Assembly: GCA_947259525.1 (NCBI GenBank)
Contig: CAMYLN010000007.1
Coordinates: 58,417 to 122,416 of the forward strand
DNA from: Parvibaculaceae bacterium
Lineage (GTDB): Bacteria; Pseudomonadota; Alphaproteobacteria; Parvibaculales; Parvibaculaceae
Reading direction: 5' to 3'
DNA length: 64,000 nt
In this document: positions 39,374 through 50,622 of the stretch, one piece after another
Layout: the number at the start of each line of letters is the position of its first letter
How positions within the stretch are numbered: position 1 is the first letter of the stretch
Notes under the pieces: model-generated
What the model was told of the DNA's origin: nothing
What the model saw: only the letters and a program-made list of their open reading frames with translations
The model's database searches: none
Program-made: the position numbers and the translations under genes

Positions 39374-40213
39374 TTAATTCCCCGACAGCATCGGTTTCAC
39401 CAGTTCATCCACCCGTTTTACCTGATCAAGGAATTTTGGCAGTGCGGCAAACGGCAAGGCGCTTGGGCCATCGCATTTTGCCTGGTCGGGGTCTTCATGG
39501 GCTTCCAGAAAAAGCGCCGAGATACCGGCCGCAACACCTGCACGGGCCAGCTCATAAATCTGTTCGCGGCGACCGCCCGAGGCTTTCGATCCCGGCGACC
39601 GCTGTTGGAGAGAATGAGTCACATCGAACACAAGCGGGATATTGTCATTCTCGTTTTTCATGACACCAAAGCCCAGAATGTCCACCACGAGATTGTCGTA
39701 ACCGAAAGACGATCCCCGCTCGCAGACCATGATCCTGTCATTGCCACAGGATTTGATCTTGTCGACGATGTTGCCGATCTGCTGCGGGCTCAAAAATTGT
39801 GGCTTCTTCACATTGATGATCGCGCCGGTACGGGCAATCGCCTGCACCAGATCAGTCTGGCGAGCAAGGAAGGCCGGGATCTGCAGAATGTCGAGCACTT
39901 CGGCCGCCGGCTTTGCCTGTTCAATTTCATGCACGTCTGAAATGACCGGCACGTTGAAGGTCTCTTTCACCTCGGCAAGGATCTTCAATCCTTCTTCCAG
40001 ACCCGGACCTCTGAAACTGTCGATGGAGGAGCGGTTCGCCTTGTCATAGGAAGCCTTGAAGATCAGCGGCAGGCCTGCGCTTTCAGCCTCGCGGACGAAA
40101 GTCTCTGCTGCCTTCAACGCCATGTCCCGGCTCTCAATAACATTGACGCCACCAATCAGTACCAGCGGCTTGTCGTTGGCGAGATCGATCTCACCGATTT
40201 TGATATCGCTCAT
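39374..40213 (-). CDS. kdsA: 3-deoxy-8-phosphooctulonate (KDO8P) synthase
   Basis: [61 protein letters not shown]. Confidence 0.96.
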   Translation of the reverse strand: MSDIKIGEIDLANDKPLVLIGGVNVIESRDMALKAAETFVREAESAGLPLIFKASYDKANRSSIDSFRGPGLEEGLKILAEVKETFNVPVISDVHEIEQAKPAAEVLDILQIPAFLARQTDLVQAIARTGAIINVKKPQFLSPQQIGNIVDKIKSCGNDRIMVCERGSSFGYDNLVVDILGFGVMKNENDNIPLVFDVTHSLQQRSPGSKASGGRREQIYELARAGVAAGISALFLEAHEDPDQAKCDGPSALPFAALPKFLDQVKRVDELVKPMLSGN

Positions 40214-40228
40214 GAACCCATTCCCCGA

Positions 40229-41245
40229 TCAGATAAAGCCGACAATTTCTTTCACTTTTGCCAGTACGGGCCGCGCGATGGCTGCCGCACGGTCCGCGCC
40301 GTTCTGCAAAACGCTGTCAATATAGGCCGGATCATCCATGAGACGGGCCATTTCGCTCGTAATGGGTGTGAGTTTCTCGATCGCCAAATCCGCCAGTGCC
40401 GGTTTGAATTTGGAGAATTCGGCACCGCCATACATCGCCAGAACGTCTTCCTTGGTTTGCCCCGACAGGCTTGCATAGATGCCGACGAGATTGTGCGCTT
40501 CGGCCCGCTCTTTCAATCCTTCAAGCTCTGACGGGAGCGGTTCAGGGTCTGTCTTTGCCTTGCGGATTTTCTTGGCAATGTCATCGCCTGAGTCTGTCAA
40601 TGTGATCCGGCTCATGGCGCTGGGGTCTGACTTCGACATTTTCGAGGTGCCATCGCGCAAGCTCATGATGCGGGTGGCCGGCCCCATGATGAGCGGCTCA
40701 GGCAGCGGGAAAAAATCCGCACCGCCATGGTCTGCAAAATCATTGTTGAATTTCTGCGCCACGTCTCGTGCCAGTTCCAGATGCTGTTTCTGATCATCGC
40801 CGACCGGCACATGGGTGGCCCGATAGGTGAGAATGTCTGCTGCCATCAAGACCGGATAATCATAGAGACCCACCGACGCGTTCTCACGGTTCTTGCCCGC
40901 CTTTTCCTTGAACTGCGTCATGCGGTTCAGCCAGCCAATGCGTGCCACACAGTTCAAAATCCAGGCAAGTTCCGCATGGGTGGAAACTTTCGACTGGTTG
41001 AAGATGATCTGTTTCTCAGCATCCACACCGGCGGCAATGTAGGCTGCAGCCACTTCGCGCGTGTTGCGTGCAAGCTCTTTCGGGTCCTGCCAGATTGTGA
41101 TTGCGTGCATATCGACCACGCAATAGACGCATTCGTGGGTATCCTGAAGCCCCACAAAATGGCGAATGGCGCCCAGATAATTGCCCAGATGAAGGTTACC
41201 GGTGGGCTGAACCCCCGAAAATACGCGATTTTTTGGCTGTTCCAT
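40229..41245 (-). CDS. trpS: Tryptophanyl-tRNA synthetase
   Basis: [42 protein letters not shown]. Confidence 0.98.
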   Translation of the reverse strand: MEQPKNRVFSGVQPTGNLHLGNYLGAIRHFVGLQDTHECVYCVVDMHAITIWQDPKELARNTREVAAAYIAAGVDAEKQIIFNQSKVSTHAELAWILNCVARIGWLNRMTQFKEKAGKNRENASVGLYDYPVLMAADILTYRATHVPVGDDQKQHLELARDVAQKFNNDFADHGGADFFPLPEPLIMGPATRIMSLRDGTSKMSKSDPSAMSRITLTDSGDDIAKKIRKAKTDPEPLPSELEGLKERAEAHNLVGIYASLSGQTKEDVLAMYGGAEFSKFKPALADLAIEKLTPITSEMARLMDDPAYIDSVLQNGADRAAAIARPVLAKVKEIVGFI

Positions 41246-41376
41246 GATTTCTCTTACCTCTTAAAAGCCGCCGGTTTGGACGCGGCGGTCGGACAGTGAG
41301 GGTATGCGCTGAAGTGCTTCAGCTTTCAATCCCTCGCATCCTGAAAAGAGCCCCGATCCCGGTCCTCTTTCAATAG

Positions 41377-41393
41377 ATTAGAATTTTTCTAAA
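41377..41393. promoter_or_regulatory. ICE-like box 1 upstream of catalase
   Basis: ATTAGAA-TTT-TTCTAAA; ends 4 nt before TTGACA (41398-41403)-N17-TACTTT. Confidence 0.75.
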
Positions 41394-41423
41394 CTACTTG
41401 ACACATGTGTGCAGATACATTAC

Positions 41424-41440
41424 TTTTGAATTGTTCTAAT
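41424..41440. promoter_or_regulatory. ICE-like box 2 overlapping the catalase -10/+1
   Basis: TTTTGAA-TTG-TTCTAAT. Confidence 0.65.
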
Positions 41441-41454
41441 TTATGGAGGGCCCG

Positions 41455-42891
41455 ATGGCTGATACACCCAAACGCATGACCACCAATGCCGGCATCCCTG
41501 TCGGCGACAATCAAAACAGTTTGACGGCAGGTGCGCGCGGGCCGCTTCTCGTTCAGGACTGGCAGCTTTTTGAAAAGCATGCGCATTTCAATCGGGAGCG
41601 GATCCCCGAGCGTGTTGTGCATGCGAAGGGCTCAGGCGCTTATGGCACTGTGAAAATTACCGGCGATATCAGCGCCTTCACAAAAGCCAAAGCCCTGCAG
41701 CCTGGGGCGGAGAGCGAGTGCTTTTTGCGTTTCTCTACCGTTGCGGGCGAAAGCGGCGCCGCGGACGCGGAACGCGACGTGCGTGGTTTCGCGCTCAAGG
41801 TTTATACAGATGAGGGCAATTGGGATCTTGTCGGCAACAACACACCCGTCTTCTTTGTGCGGGACCCTTACAAGTTTCCCGATTTCATCCACACGCAAAA
41901 GCGTGACCCCCGCACCAATCTGCGCAACCCTGTTGCGATGTGGGATTTCTGGTCCCGGTCTCCGGAGTCCATGCACCAGATCACGATCCTGTTTTCAGAC
42001 CGTGGCCTGCCGACAAGCTACCGGCATGTGAACGGCTATGGCTCGCACACCTATTCTTTCATCAATGCGAAGAATGAGCGCTTCTGGGTGAAGTTCCACT
42101 TCAAGACCAAACAGGGCATCAAAACCCAGTCCGGTGATGACGCCGCCAAAGCGATTGGTGAAGATCGCGAGACCCACCAGCGCGACCTTTATGATGCGAT
42201 TGAGGCTGGCGATTTCCCGAAATGGCGTTTCTGCGTACAAGTCATGCCAGAGGCGGATGCGACCAAGACGGACTATGATCCGTTTGATCTCACCAAGGTC
42301 TGGCCGCACAAGGATTATCCGCTGATTGAAGTGGGTGAACTTGAGCTGAACCGCAACCCGGAAAACTACTTTGCGGAAGTTGAGCAGGCGGGGTTCACGC
42401 CCGCCCATGTTGTGCCCGGTATTGGTCACAGCCCGGACAAGATGCTGCAATTCCGCATTGCATCTTATGGTGACGCCCAACGCTACCGGCTGGGCATCAA
42501 TCACCTGAGCCTGCCCGTCAACAAGCCACGCTGCCCGGTGCATTCCTACGCACGCAACGGCCAGATGCGCGTTGACGACAATGGTGGCGGGTCAGTGAAT
42601 TACGAACCCAACGGGTTCAGCGGCCCGGTTGAAGACCCAAGCGTTGTCGAACCGCCCCTCGCCATTGATGGCGCGGCTGATCGTTATAATCACCGCGATG
42701 GAAATGATGATTATGGGCAGGCGGGCGATCTCTTCCGTCTGATGCCTTCGGACGAACAGAACCGTCTGATGGATGCCATTGCCGGTGCAATGAAAGACGT
42801 GCCGCGCGACATTCAGGAGAGACAGGTCGCGCATTTCACAGCCGCAGACAAAGCCTATGGCGCGGGTATTGCCCAACGTCTCGGGCTTTAA
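41455..42891 (+). CDS. katA: Monofunctional small-subunit heme catalase
   Basis: [46 protein letters not shown]; RBS GGAGG. Confidence 0.96.
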   Translation: MADTPKRMTTNAGIPVGDNQNSLTAGARGPLLVQDWQLFEKHAHFNRERIPERVVHAKGSGAYGTVKITGDISAFTKAKALQPGAESECFLRFSTVAGESGAADAERDVRGFALKVYTDEGNWDLVGNNTPVFFVRDPYKFPDFIHTQKRDPRTNLRNPVAMWDFWSRSPESMHQITILFSDRGLPTSYRHVNGYGSHTYSFINAKNERFWVKFHFKTKQGIKTQSGDDAAKAIGEDRETHQRDLYDAIEAGDFPKWRFCVQVMPEADATKTDYDPFDLTKVWPHKDYPLIEVGELELNRNPENYFAEVEQAGFTPAHVVPGIGHSPDKMLQFRIASYGDAQRYRLGINHLSLPVNKPRCPVHSYARNGQMRVDDNGGGSVNYEPNGFSGPVEDPSVVEPPLAIDGAADRYNHRDGNDDYGQAGDLFRLMPSDEQNRLMDAIAGAMKDVPRDIQERQVAHFTAADKAYGAGIAQRLGL

Positions 42892-42902
42892 GCTCGGAAA
42901 AC

Positions 42903-42959
42903 TCAAGCGCGCCGGAAGGCGCGTTCCGAAACTGAAGATCAAGCGCGCCGGAAGGCGCG
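42903..42959. repeat. Exact 21-bp direct repeat duplicating the murJ 3' end
   Basis: TCAAGCGCGCCGGAAGGCGCG at 42903-42923 and 42939-42959; the second copy lies in the hairpin TCAAGCGCGCC-GGAA-GGCGCGCTTGA. Confidence 0.9.
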
Positions 42960-44480
42960 CTTGAGATCGTTCATGTGGGTCGCACCCGTAACGAGTGCCG
43001 CACCCCCAAAAAGAACGGCACCACTGACGACCAGAACCAGAAGGGCCAGAACGCCTTCGATGAACGACGCTGCCAGATAAGGGGCCGCGCCCGCAGCCCC
43101 CGCCCAGAGCCCCGCTCCCATGATGAGGCAGGCAAGCGCCAAACGGGGCAGACGTGACTTCAACCGTGCATCCGGCACATAGAAGCCGCGCTTCATCAAG
43201 GTTGCACCCAGAAGGCTCGCATTCACCCAGGCCGCGGCCGAGGTTGCCAGCGCAATGCCCACATGTCCCATCCAGAAGAAGAGAACAAGCGAGCCAAGGA
43301 TGTTTACAGCGATCCCGATGGCGGCAAACCGCATCGGCGTCATTGTGTCTTCGCGTGCAAAAAAGCCCGGCGAAAAAACCTTTGTCAGGACGAAAGCAGG
43401 CAGGCCAATGGCAAAGGCGGCCAGCGCCATGGCCGCACCATACGTGTCGTCACTTGAAAAAGCGCCACGCTCAAACAGAACCTGAATGATCGGCACCGGT
43501 ATGACGGCGAGAGCGACGGATGCCGGTACGGTCAGAAACATGGAAAACTCAAAGGCACGGTTCTGTGCATTGTCGGCGCCGGTCTCATCCCCCGCGCGCA
43601 GACGGCGGGAAAGATCCGGCAGCAGGACAATCCCGATGGCGATCCCAACGACACCCAGTGGTAATTGGTAAATTCGGTCCGCATAATAAAGAAGTGAGAC
43701 CGCACCATCCTGCAGGCTTGCGATGATGGACCCTACCAGCAGGTTGAACTGGGTGATGCCACCGGCAATCACGCCAGGTATGCCAAGCTTGATGAGGCGG
43801 CGGACGCCCGGCGTCAGGCGTGGCAGGCGCAGCCGGAGCGAAATGTCCGCGCGCTTGACGGCAATGAGCAGCATCACGAACTGGGCCGCGCCCGCGATCG
43901 CCACACCCCAGGACAGGACCAGCCCCGGGTTATCCGTGTGCGGGGCCACAAACCACAGAGCCGCAATCAGGACCAGGTTCAACAGTACGGGCGCGGCCGC
44001 CGCGGCGGAGAAACGACCGAGCGAGTTCAACACAGCAGACAGCAAGGCCACCATGGACATGAACATGAGATAGGGAAAAGCGATCCGTGTGAAAAGGACG
44101 CCCATCTCGAACTTGTCCGGCGTGTCGGCAAAGCCCGGTGCGATGAGATACATGGCCCAGGGCATGGCAAGTTCCGCGATGGCGGTGAAAGCGATCAACG
44201 TGAAAAGCAGAACAGAGAGCGCTTCCTCCGCAAAACGACGGGCTGCGGTCTTACCATCTCCTTCCAGCGCCTTGGCAAAAAGCGGCACAAAGGCGGAGTT
44301 GAACGCACCTTCAGCAAACAATCTGCGAAAGAGATTGGGAAATTTGAACGCGACGAAAAACGCATCCGCCATAGGTCCGGTACCCAGTGCGCCTGCAATC
44401 AGAATGTCACGCATGAAACCCAGCACACGGCTAACAAGCGTCATGCCGCCCACAGTCATCGCAGATTTAACGAGGTTCAT
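42939..44480 (-). CDS. murJ: Lipid II flippase MurJ (MviN)
   Basis: SRVLGFMRD, PNLFRRLFAEGAF, LYYADRIYQLPLG; multi-TM. Confidence 0.97.
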   Translation of the reverse strand: MNLVKSAMTVGGMTLVSRVLGFMRDILIAGALGTGPMADAFFVAFKFPNLFRRLFAEGAFNSAFVPLFAKALEGDGKTAARRFAEEALSVLLFTLIAFTAIAELAMPWAMYLIAPGFADTPDKFEMGVLFTRIAFPYLMFMSMVALLSAVLNSLGRFSAAAAAPVLLNLVLIAALWFVAPHTDNPGLVLSWGVAIAGAAQFVMLLIAVKRADISLRLRLPRLTPGVRRLIKLGIPGVIAGGITQFNLLVGSIIASLQDGAVSLLYYADRIYQLPLGVVGIAIGIVLLPDLSRRLRAGDETGADNAQNRAFEFSMFLTVPASVALAVIPVPIIQVLFERGAFSSDDTYGAAMALAAFAIGLPAFVLTKVFSPGFFAREDTMTPMRFAAIGIAVNILGSLVLFFWMGHVGIALATSAAAWVNASLLGATLMKRGFYVPDARLKSRLPRLALACLIMGAGLWAGAAGAAPYLAASFIEGVLALLVLVVSGAVLFGGAALVTGATHMNDLKRAFRRA

Positions 44481-44495
44481 TTACAGATCTCAATC

Positions 44496-47273
44496 TCAAG
44501 CGCCGACGGTTTCGCGCTTTTGGGGTCTCGCCTTTTTCATCGGATTGTCCAACGCCTCCAGAAGCTGACGCTCGACCGCCTTTTTCTTGTTGGTGTTTGT
44601 CACTTTCTGCCCGATCAGGTCTTTCACATAGAACACATCAACAGCGCGTTCACCAAAGGTTGCGATATGCGCGGAGCCGATGGTGAGCCCCAGATGGAAG
44701 AGCGTGCGGGTCAACGCGTGAAGAAGGCCTGGCCTGTCGAGCCCGTTGACCTCGATCACGGTAAAAACATTGGAGGCTTCATTATCGATATAGACATTGG
44801 GTGCGACCGTAAAGGCGTTGATACGCGCCTGCTTCTTGGTTCGCTGTTCGATCGCGTCGGGAGGCAGAATCTCCCCCGACAGTACTTTGCGGATCGTGCT
44901 TTCCAACCGTTCCAGACGGCGTTGCTCGCGCAGCGCGCTGCGCGTGTCGTCCTGCACCCAGAGCGTGTCAAGCGCCATGCCGTCGCGGGTTGTGAAAATC
45001 TTCGCATCCACAATCGAGACACCTGCCACCGCGCAGGCCCCGGCGAACCGGGAAAAGAGGCCGGGATGGTCCTGAGTGAAAAGCGTGATCTCCGTTACCG
45101 AGCGGAACGCGTCGGGACGGGCCTCCACGATGAGCGGTTCTTCGCGGCGATCCCAGATCAGTTCGGCATGTCGCCTGTGTGTTGCCAGATCAAAACCCAG
45201 CCAATAGGCCGGCATGTGACGACGCAGATAGGCATCCAACCGTGACTTGGGCCAATCGGCCAGTGCGTCGGTCAAGGCTTCTTTCGCCGCCAGGACCCGG
45301 TTGGACCGATTGACCTGAGTCTCGCCTGACAGGACGGCATCGGTTTCAAAATAAAGCTGACGCAGCAATTGCGCCTTCCAACCATTCCACGTGCCGGGGC
45401 CGACCGCTTTGATGTCGGCCACGGTCAGTACCAGCAGGAGTTTCAACCGTTCCGGGCTTTGCACGATCCCCGCAAAATCCTGAATCGTTTTAGGGTCCGA
45501 AAGATCACGCTTCTGCGCCACATCCGACATGAGGAGGTGGTTCTGGACCAACCAGGCCACTGTCTCCGTATCACCGTCACTCATTCCCAATCGCGGACAG
45601 AGCTTGCGGGCAATGGCGGCACCGGCGTCGGAATGATCCTCCGGCCTTCCCTTGGCAATGTCATGCAGGAACATCGCCACATAGAGCACTTCGCGTTTGG
45701 TGGTCTTTGCCATCAGTTCATGGGCGAGCGGGTGTTCTTCTTTCAGAATGCCCTGTTCGATTTCAGACAGGATCCCCATGGCACGGATCAGATGCTCGTC
45801 TGCCGTGTAATGATGATACATGTTGAACTGCATCAGTGCGACGATGCGGCCGAAGTCGGGTACAAACCGCCCCAATACCCCCGCCTCGTTCATTTTGCGC
45901 AGGATGGTTTCAGGGTCCTTGCGCGATGACAGCAGGTCGAGGAAGAGCCGGTTTGCCTCCTCGTCCTTGCGCAAATTGTTATCAACCAATTTCAAAGAGC
46001 GCGTCATCAATTGCAGGGCTGTCGGGTGAATGTGCAGTTGGTGCTGATCGGCGACATGAAACAGGCGCAGGATGTTGACCGGGTCTTTCTCGAAGAAATC
46101 GTCGGACTTCACGGACAGGCGGCCCCCGGCAACCTCGAAGCCCTTGATCACTTTCTTGCGCTTCAGGGCTGCCATGAAACGACCAATGCCCGGCGTTTTC
46201 TTTTTTTCCTGTTCTTCAAGGATGGCGCAGAAGATACGGGTGAGGTCGCCCACATCCTTCGCCACCAGGAAGTAGTGCTTCATGAAGCGTTCAACGCCCT
46301 TGAGACCACGATGGGCGTGGTAGCCGAGTTGCGCCGCCATCTCTGTCTGCACATCGAACGAGATGCGTTCTTCCGCCCGACCGGTGAGAAAGTGCAGCTC
46401 GCAGCGCACAGCCCAGAGGAAGTCTTCGGCCTTGCGGAAAAGGTTATACTCTTTCCGGGTAAAAACCCCTGCCTTGACGAGGTCGCTCGGGCGTTTCACC
46501 TGGTAGACATATTTGGCGATCCAGAAAAGCGTGTGGAGATCCCGCAGGCCGCCCTTTCCCTCTTTCACATTGGGTTCAACCAGATAGCGGGATTGGCCGC
46601 TTCTCTTGTGCCGCTCATCGCGTTCGGCAAGTTTGGCTTCGACGAACTCGTTCGCCGTTCCTTCGACAACCTGCTCGTCATATGCTTTTTCAAGCTCGTT
46701 AAAGAGGGGCAGATCGCCACAAAGATAGCGCGCCTCCAGCAATGCGGTGCGAATGGTCATGTCCTCGTGGGACAGACGCACGCACTCCGAGACAGAGCGC
46801 GTCGCGTGACCGACCTTCAGCCCCAGATCCCAAAGCGCGTAGAGAATGAACTCCGCGAGGCTTTCTCCCCAAGGGGTCTGCTTGTAAGGCAACAAAAAGA
46901 GAAGATCGACGTCGGAACCGGGCGCGAGCGCGCCGCGCCCATACCCGCCGGTCGCCACCAGGGTCAGCCGCTCTGCATCTGTGGGGTTGGTTGCACGAAA
47001 CAGGGTCCGGGTTGCGAAGGCAAACAGCTCGCGAATAATCGTATCCTGCAAATAGGAAAGGCTTTCCGCACAGGCGCGCCCGCGATGCGCACCCTGTTCC
47101 AGCCGCTCCTGCGCCTTGGCCCGCCCGAGGGCCTGAAATTTTTTCAAGGTCGTGATCATCGCCGCCCGTGCGGCCGTGTCGTTGCCCGCATTATCTGCAT
47201 GTGCCGCATCCAGCGCATCCGCGATGGCGGCAGGATCAGCGATCTCAAGCAAGCTTGGCAGCATTCGGCCCAT
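44496..47273 (-). CDS. glnD: Bifunctional [protein-PII] uridylyltransferase
   Basis: ATGGYGRG, SDVDLLFL, EPNVKEGKGGLRDL, HHYTADEH, FLHDIAKG, two ACT domains. Confidence 0.98.
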   Translation of the reverse strand: MGRMLPSLLEIADPAAIADALDAAHADNAGNDTAARAAMITTLKKFQALGRAKAQERLEQGAHRGRACAESLSYLQDTIIRELFAFATRTLFRATNPTDAERLTLVATGGYGRGALAPGSDVDLLFLLPYKQTPWGESLAEFILYALWDLGLKVGHATRSVSECVRLSHEDMTIRTALLEARYLCGDLPLFNELEKAYDEQVVEGTANEFVEAKLAERDERHKRSGQSRYLVEPNVKEGKGGLRDLHTLFWIAKYVYQVKRPSDLVKAGVFTRKEYNLFRKAEDFLWAVRCELHFLTGRAEERISFDVQTEMAAQLGYHAHRGLKGVERFMKHYFLVAKDVGDLTRIFCAILEEQEKKKTPGIGRFMAALKRKKVIKGFEVAGGRLSVKSDDFFEKDPVNILRLFHVADQHQLHIHPTALQLMTRSLKLVDNNLRKDEEANRLFLDLLSSRKDPETILRKMNEAGVLGRFVPDFGRIVALMQFNMYHHYTADEHLIRAMGILSEIEQGILKEEHPLAHELMAKTTKREVLYVAMFLHDIAKGRPEDHSDAGAAIARKLCPRLGMSDGDTETVAWLVQNHLLMSDVAQKRDLSDPKTIQDFAGIVQSPERLKLLLVLTVADIKAVGPGTWNGWKAQLLRQLYFETDAVLSGETQVNRSNRVLAAKEALTDALADWPKSRLDAYLRRHMPAYWLGFDLATHRRHAELIWDRREEPLIVEARPDAFRSVTEITLFTQDHPGLFSRFAGACAVAGVSIVDAKIFTTRDGMALDTLWVQDDTRSALREQRRLERLESTIRKVLSGEILPPDAIEQRTKKQARINAFTVAPNVYIDNEASNVFTVIEVNGLDRPGLLHALTRTLFHLGLTIGSAHIATFGERAVDVFYVKDLIGQKVTNTNKKKAVERQLLEALDNPMKKARPQKRETVGA

Positions 47274-47739
47274 GGGGCACTCCTTCTACGGTCGGTCGGC
47301 ACATCGGGCCTGATGCACGAGAACAAATGCAGTTTTCAGGCCAGTAGCACATCTTGGAGAGACTTCCTATCGGGTGGTGAAATCCTTTTGCGCCTGTACC
47401 GATTTCAGCAGCGCACCATGAAGAGCACGGCTTGTCCAGCAGACCGTCCGCCATCTTCTCACACCTCGCGTCACCTGGCGCGAAAACGAACAAAAAGAGT
47501 CCAAGATTGCGGGCGATCGCGCGAGAACGCCCGCGCTACCTGCGAGGCCACGAGCGCTGATCTGGATAATATATCTATTTCAATGGCTTAGGTTATATTC
47601 TTGAAATTTGCTTCCAGCAAATATGAACATCTGTAAACCATATGCTGAGCTTGCGACCACAAGAGTATGACTCCAATAGCGAATCCCGCGTTCTGCAAAA
47701 ATCAGATTCCAGCGAATCCTGGTCAGCCAAGCTATTGAT

Positions 47740-50478
47740 TTACTTAGGTGAATCCGCAAGTTTCGCTTTCAATGCGTAGAGAACCTCCAGCGCTTGCTTT
47801 GGCGAAAGATCGTCGGGATTGATGGCCAGTAGTTCGGCTTCCACGACACTCTCGCCCTTGCCCGCTCCCGCGTCACGCGAACCGGATTGCGGTCGCGGTG
47901 CTGCGGAAAAAAGAGGCAGATCGTCCACCAAAGTGGCACCGCCGCGGGCATCGGCCCCCTCCTCCAGCGCCGTGAGAACTTCATGCGCGCGGGCGATGAC
48001 CGCTGGCGGCAAACCAGCCAGCTTGGCAACCTGGATACCATAGGATCTGTCGGCGGCCCCCGGCGCCACCTCATGCAGGAAGACCACATCGCCCTCCCAT
48101 TCCTTGACCTTCATGGTTGCGTTCGCCAGATGGTCAAGCTTTTCGCTCAAGGCCGTCAGCTCGTGATAATGGGTGGCAAAGAGCGCCCGGCAGCGATTGA
48201 CGGCATGGAGATGCTCCACTGCCGCCCATGCGATGGACAGGCCGTCAAACGTGGCTGTCCCCCGCCCGATCTCGTCCAGAATGACAAGTGCGTGCGGGCC
48301 TGCCTGGTTGAGGATTGCAGCGGTCTCGATCATCTCAACCATGAAGGTCGAACGTCCGCGGGCCAGATCGTCCGCCGCCCCCACACGCGAAAAGAGCCTG
48401 TCCACAATGCCGATATGGGCGTGGCGGGCCGGCACATAAGCCCCCGTCTGCGCCAGGATCGCTATCAGTGCATTCTGCCGCAAATAGGTCGATTTACCTG
48501 CCATGTTGGGACCGGTCAGCAACCAAAGAGACCGCGCATCCCCCTGGTCTGCCGTCAGATTGCAATCATTCGCCACGAAGGGGCCAGAACCTGCCTTTTC
48601 CAGCGCTGCCTCCACAACCGGATGACGCCCGCCCTCAATCTCGAAGGCCAGAGATCCATCCACCTGCGGACGCGTCCACCGCTTTTCGGCCGCCAGCTCT
48701 GCCAGCGCTGCACCGACATCGAGCACCGCAAGCGCATCCGCCGCGGCAGCGATTGTCGGGCCATCATCCAAAACAAGGCGGGTCAACCTGGAGTACGACT
48801 CCAGTTCAAGTTCCAACGCCTGCGCACCGGCGCGGGACAGTTTCTCCGCCAGCTCTGAAAGCTCCATCGTTGTGAAGCGCACCGCGTTTGCCATGGTCTG
48901 GCGATGGATGAAGGTCTCGTTCAACGGGGCCGCCATCAGCGCGTCGCCATGGCGCGGCGCGACCTCGATAAAGTAGCCCAGCACATTATTGTGCTTGATC
49001 TTCAGCGCCTGGATCCCGGTTTCGCCCGCATATTTGCTTTGCAGGCCTGCAATCACACGGCGGCTCTCATCCCGAAACAGGCGCATTTCGTCGAGTGGAG
49101 GATGATAACCCTTGGCGATAAAGCCACCATCGCGTACCATCAACGGCAGATCCACGCCCAATGCCCGCGCCAGTTCGTCCTTCACACCCGCAGCGCAATG
49201 CGCAAGGGCTTCAAGTGCGATTTCAATTTCCGCCGGGAGGTCGCCTCTGTCTACCTTCTCGGCGACGAACCGATCCGCGATTTCGTGGGCGGCATCCAGC
49301 CCGTCGCGTATAGCGGCAAGATCACGCGGGCCGCCTCTCTCCACCGACAGGCGGGAAAGCGCGCGTGCCATATCCGGTGCCCGGGCCAGGTCTCGCCGCA
49401 ATGTCGCGCGCACAGGCTCGCGCTCCAGGAAATAAGCGATCGTGTCCTGACGCGTGCGAATGTCGGGGGCATTTGTCAGCGGTGCGGCCAGCCGGGTGGC
49501 AAGCTCCCGCGCGCCCGCGCCTGTCACGGTTCGGTCAATCGTTGCCAGTAATGCGCCTTGTTTTTCGCCGCTCATCGTTCGCGTCAGCTCAAGGTTGGCG
49601 CGCGTCGCGGCATCCATGGCAAGCGTTGCCCCGTCATTTTGATGGACGGGCGGCTTCAGGACGGGCAAGCGTCCCACCTGTGTCAAATGCAGATAGTCGA
49701 CCAGCGCCCCCGCCGCACCCAGCTCAGCGCGACTGAACGCCCCAAAGGCATCAAGCGCACCGACTTCCAGCACTTCTTTCAGGCGGCGTTCGGCGCGGGT
49801 TGAATCAAACCGCTCCCCCATCAAGGGCGTTACTGCTTTTTGTGACGCAAGTGCCGTACTGATGGCGTCGTCCGCCAACAGGGCCTGGGGCAGAATCAGC
49901 TCACTCGCGTCGAGCCTGGCAAGGGCGGCGCCTAACGCGTCCACCGCAATCTCCGTGACGACAAAATCACCGGTTGAGACGTCTGCATAAGCCAGACCGA
50001 GCGCGCCGCCCGCCGCCGTTCGTGACAAGGCGGCCAAGTAATTGTGGGCGCGGGCATCGAGCAAAGTATCTTCGGTCAGGGTACCGGGTGTTACCAACCG
50101 CACCACTTCCCGGCGCACAACAGACTTGGAACCACGTTTTTTGGCCTCAGCCGGGTCTTCCGTCTGTTCGCAGACCGCCACGCGAAACCCTTTGCGGATC
50201 AGACGCTCCAGATAGGCATCTGCGGCATGGACCGGGACACCGCACATGGGAATGTCTTCCCCCAGATGCTTGCCCCGTTTGGTGAGTGTAATATCGAGCG
50301 CGGCCGCAGCGGCGACGGCGTCATCAAAAAACAACTCGTAAAAATCGCCCATCCGGTAGAGAAGCAGACTATCTGTCTGGCTCGCCTTCAATTCCAGATA
50401 TTGCGCCATCATCGGCGTGACGGCGGCCGGTTTGTCGTCTGATGAAGGGGTTTGGGCCGTCGCCATGGGCTTGCTCAT
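47740..50478 (-). CDS. mutS: DNA mismatch repair protein MutS
   Basis: [57 protein letters not shown]; start trimmed to MSKPM. Confidence 0.98.
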   Translation of the reverse strand: MSKPMATAQTPSSDDKPAAVTPMMAQYLELKASQTDSLLLYRMGDFYELFFDDAVAAAAALDITLTKRGKHLGEDIPMCGVPVHAADAYLERLIRKGFRVAVCEQTEDPAEAKKRGSKSVVRREVVRLVTPGTLTEDTLLDARAHNYLAALSRTAAGGALGLAYADVSTGDFVVTEIAVDALGAALARLDASELILPQALLADDAISTALASQKAVTPLMGERFDSTRAERRLKEVLEVGALDAFGAFSRAELGAAGALVDYLHLTQVGRLPVLKPPVHQNDGATLAMDAATRANLELTRTMSGEKQGALLATIDRTVTGAGARELATRLAAPLTNAPDIRTRQDTIAYFLEREPVRATLRRDLARAPDMARALSRLSVERGGPRDLAAIRDGLDAAHEIADRFVAEKVDRGDLPAEIEIALEALAHCAAGVKDELARALGVDLPLMVRDGGFIAKGYHPPLDEMRLFRDESRRVIAGLQSKYAGETGIQALKIKHNNVLGYFIEVAPRHGDALMAAPLNETFIHRQTMANAVRFTTMELSELAEKLSRAGAQALELELESYSRLTRLVLDDGPTIAAAADALAVLDVGAALAELAAEKRWTRPQVDGSLAFEIEGGRHPVVEAALEKAGSGPFVANDCNLTADQGDARSLWLLTGPNMAGKSTYLRQNALIAILAQTGAYVPARHAHIGIVDRLFSRVGAADDLARGRSTFMVEMIETAAILNQAGPHALVILDEIGRGTATFDGLSIAWAAVEHLHAVNRCRALFATHYHELTALSEKLDHLANATMKVKEWEGDVVFLHEVAPGAADRSYGIQVAKLAGLPPAVIARAHEVLTALEEGADARGGATLVDDLPLFSAAPRPQSGSRDAGAGKGESVVEAELLAINPDDLSPKQALEVLYALKAKLADSPK

Positions 50479-50622
50479 GTTCCTGCGGTCACGATGGGGC
50501 AAAGAGCCTTGCAATCTAACAGATTTCCCTCGCACGCCAATGTCGCGCGCTCGAAAATTCGGGTAAACTTGTCCGGATCTCCTTTCCACAAAGCAGCCAC
50601 ATTCGAAAGCCATAAGACCTTT

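Noticed and set aside
47488-47502. LexA-like GAAC-N7-GTCC upstream of glnD
   Set aside because: Two mismatches in the second half-site, and glnD is not an expected SOS target.
47560-47590. Possible dif site near GATAATATATC
   Set aside because: XerD arm (TTATGTTAAAT) is not matched.
46011-47591. 526-aa ORF on + strand
   Set aside because: Antisense shadow of glnD with no recognisable motifs, as expected in GC-rich DNA. The same applies to 43938-45245, 19942-20742, 22560-23270 and similar long antisense ORFs.
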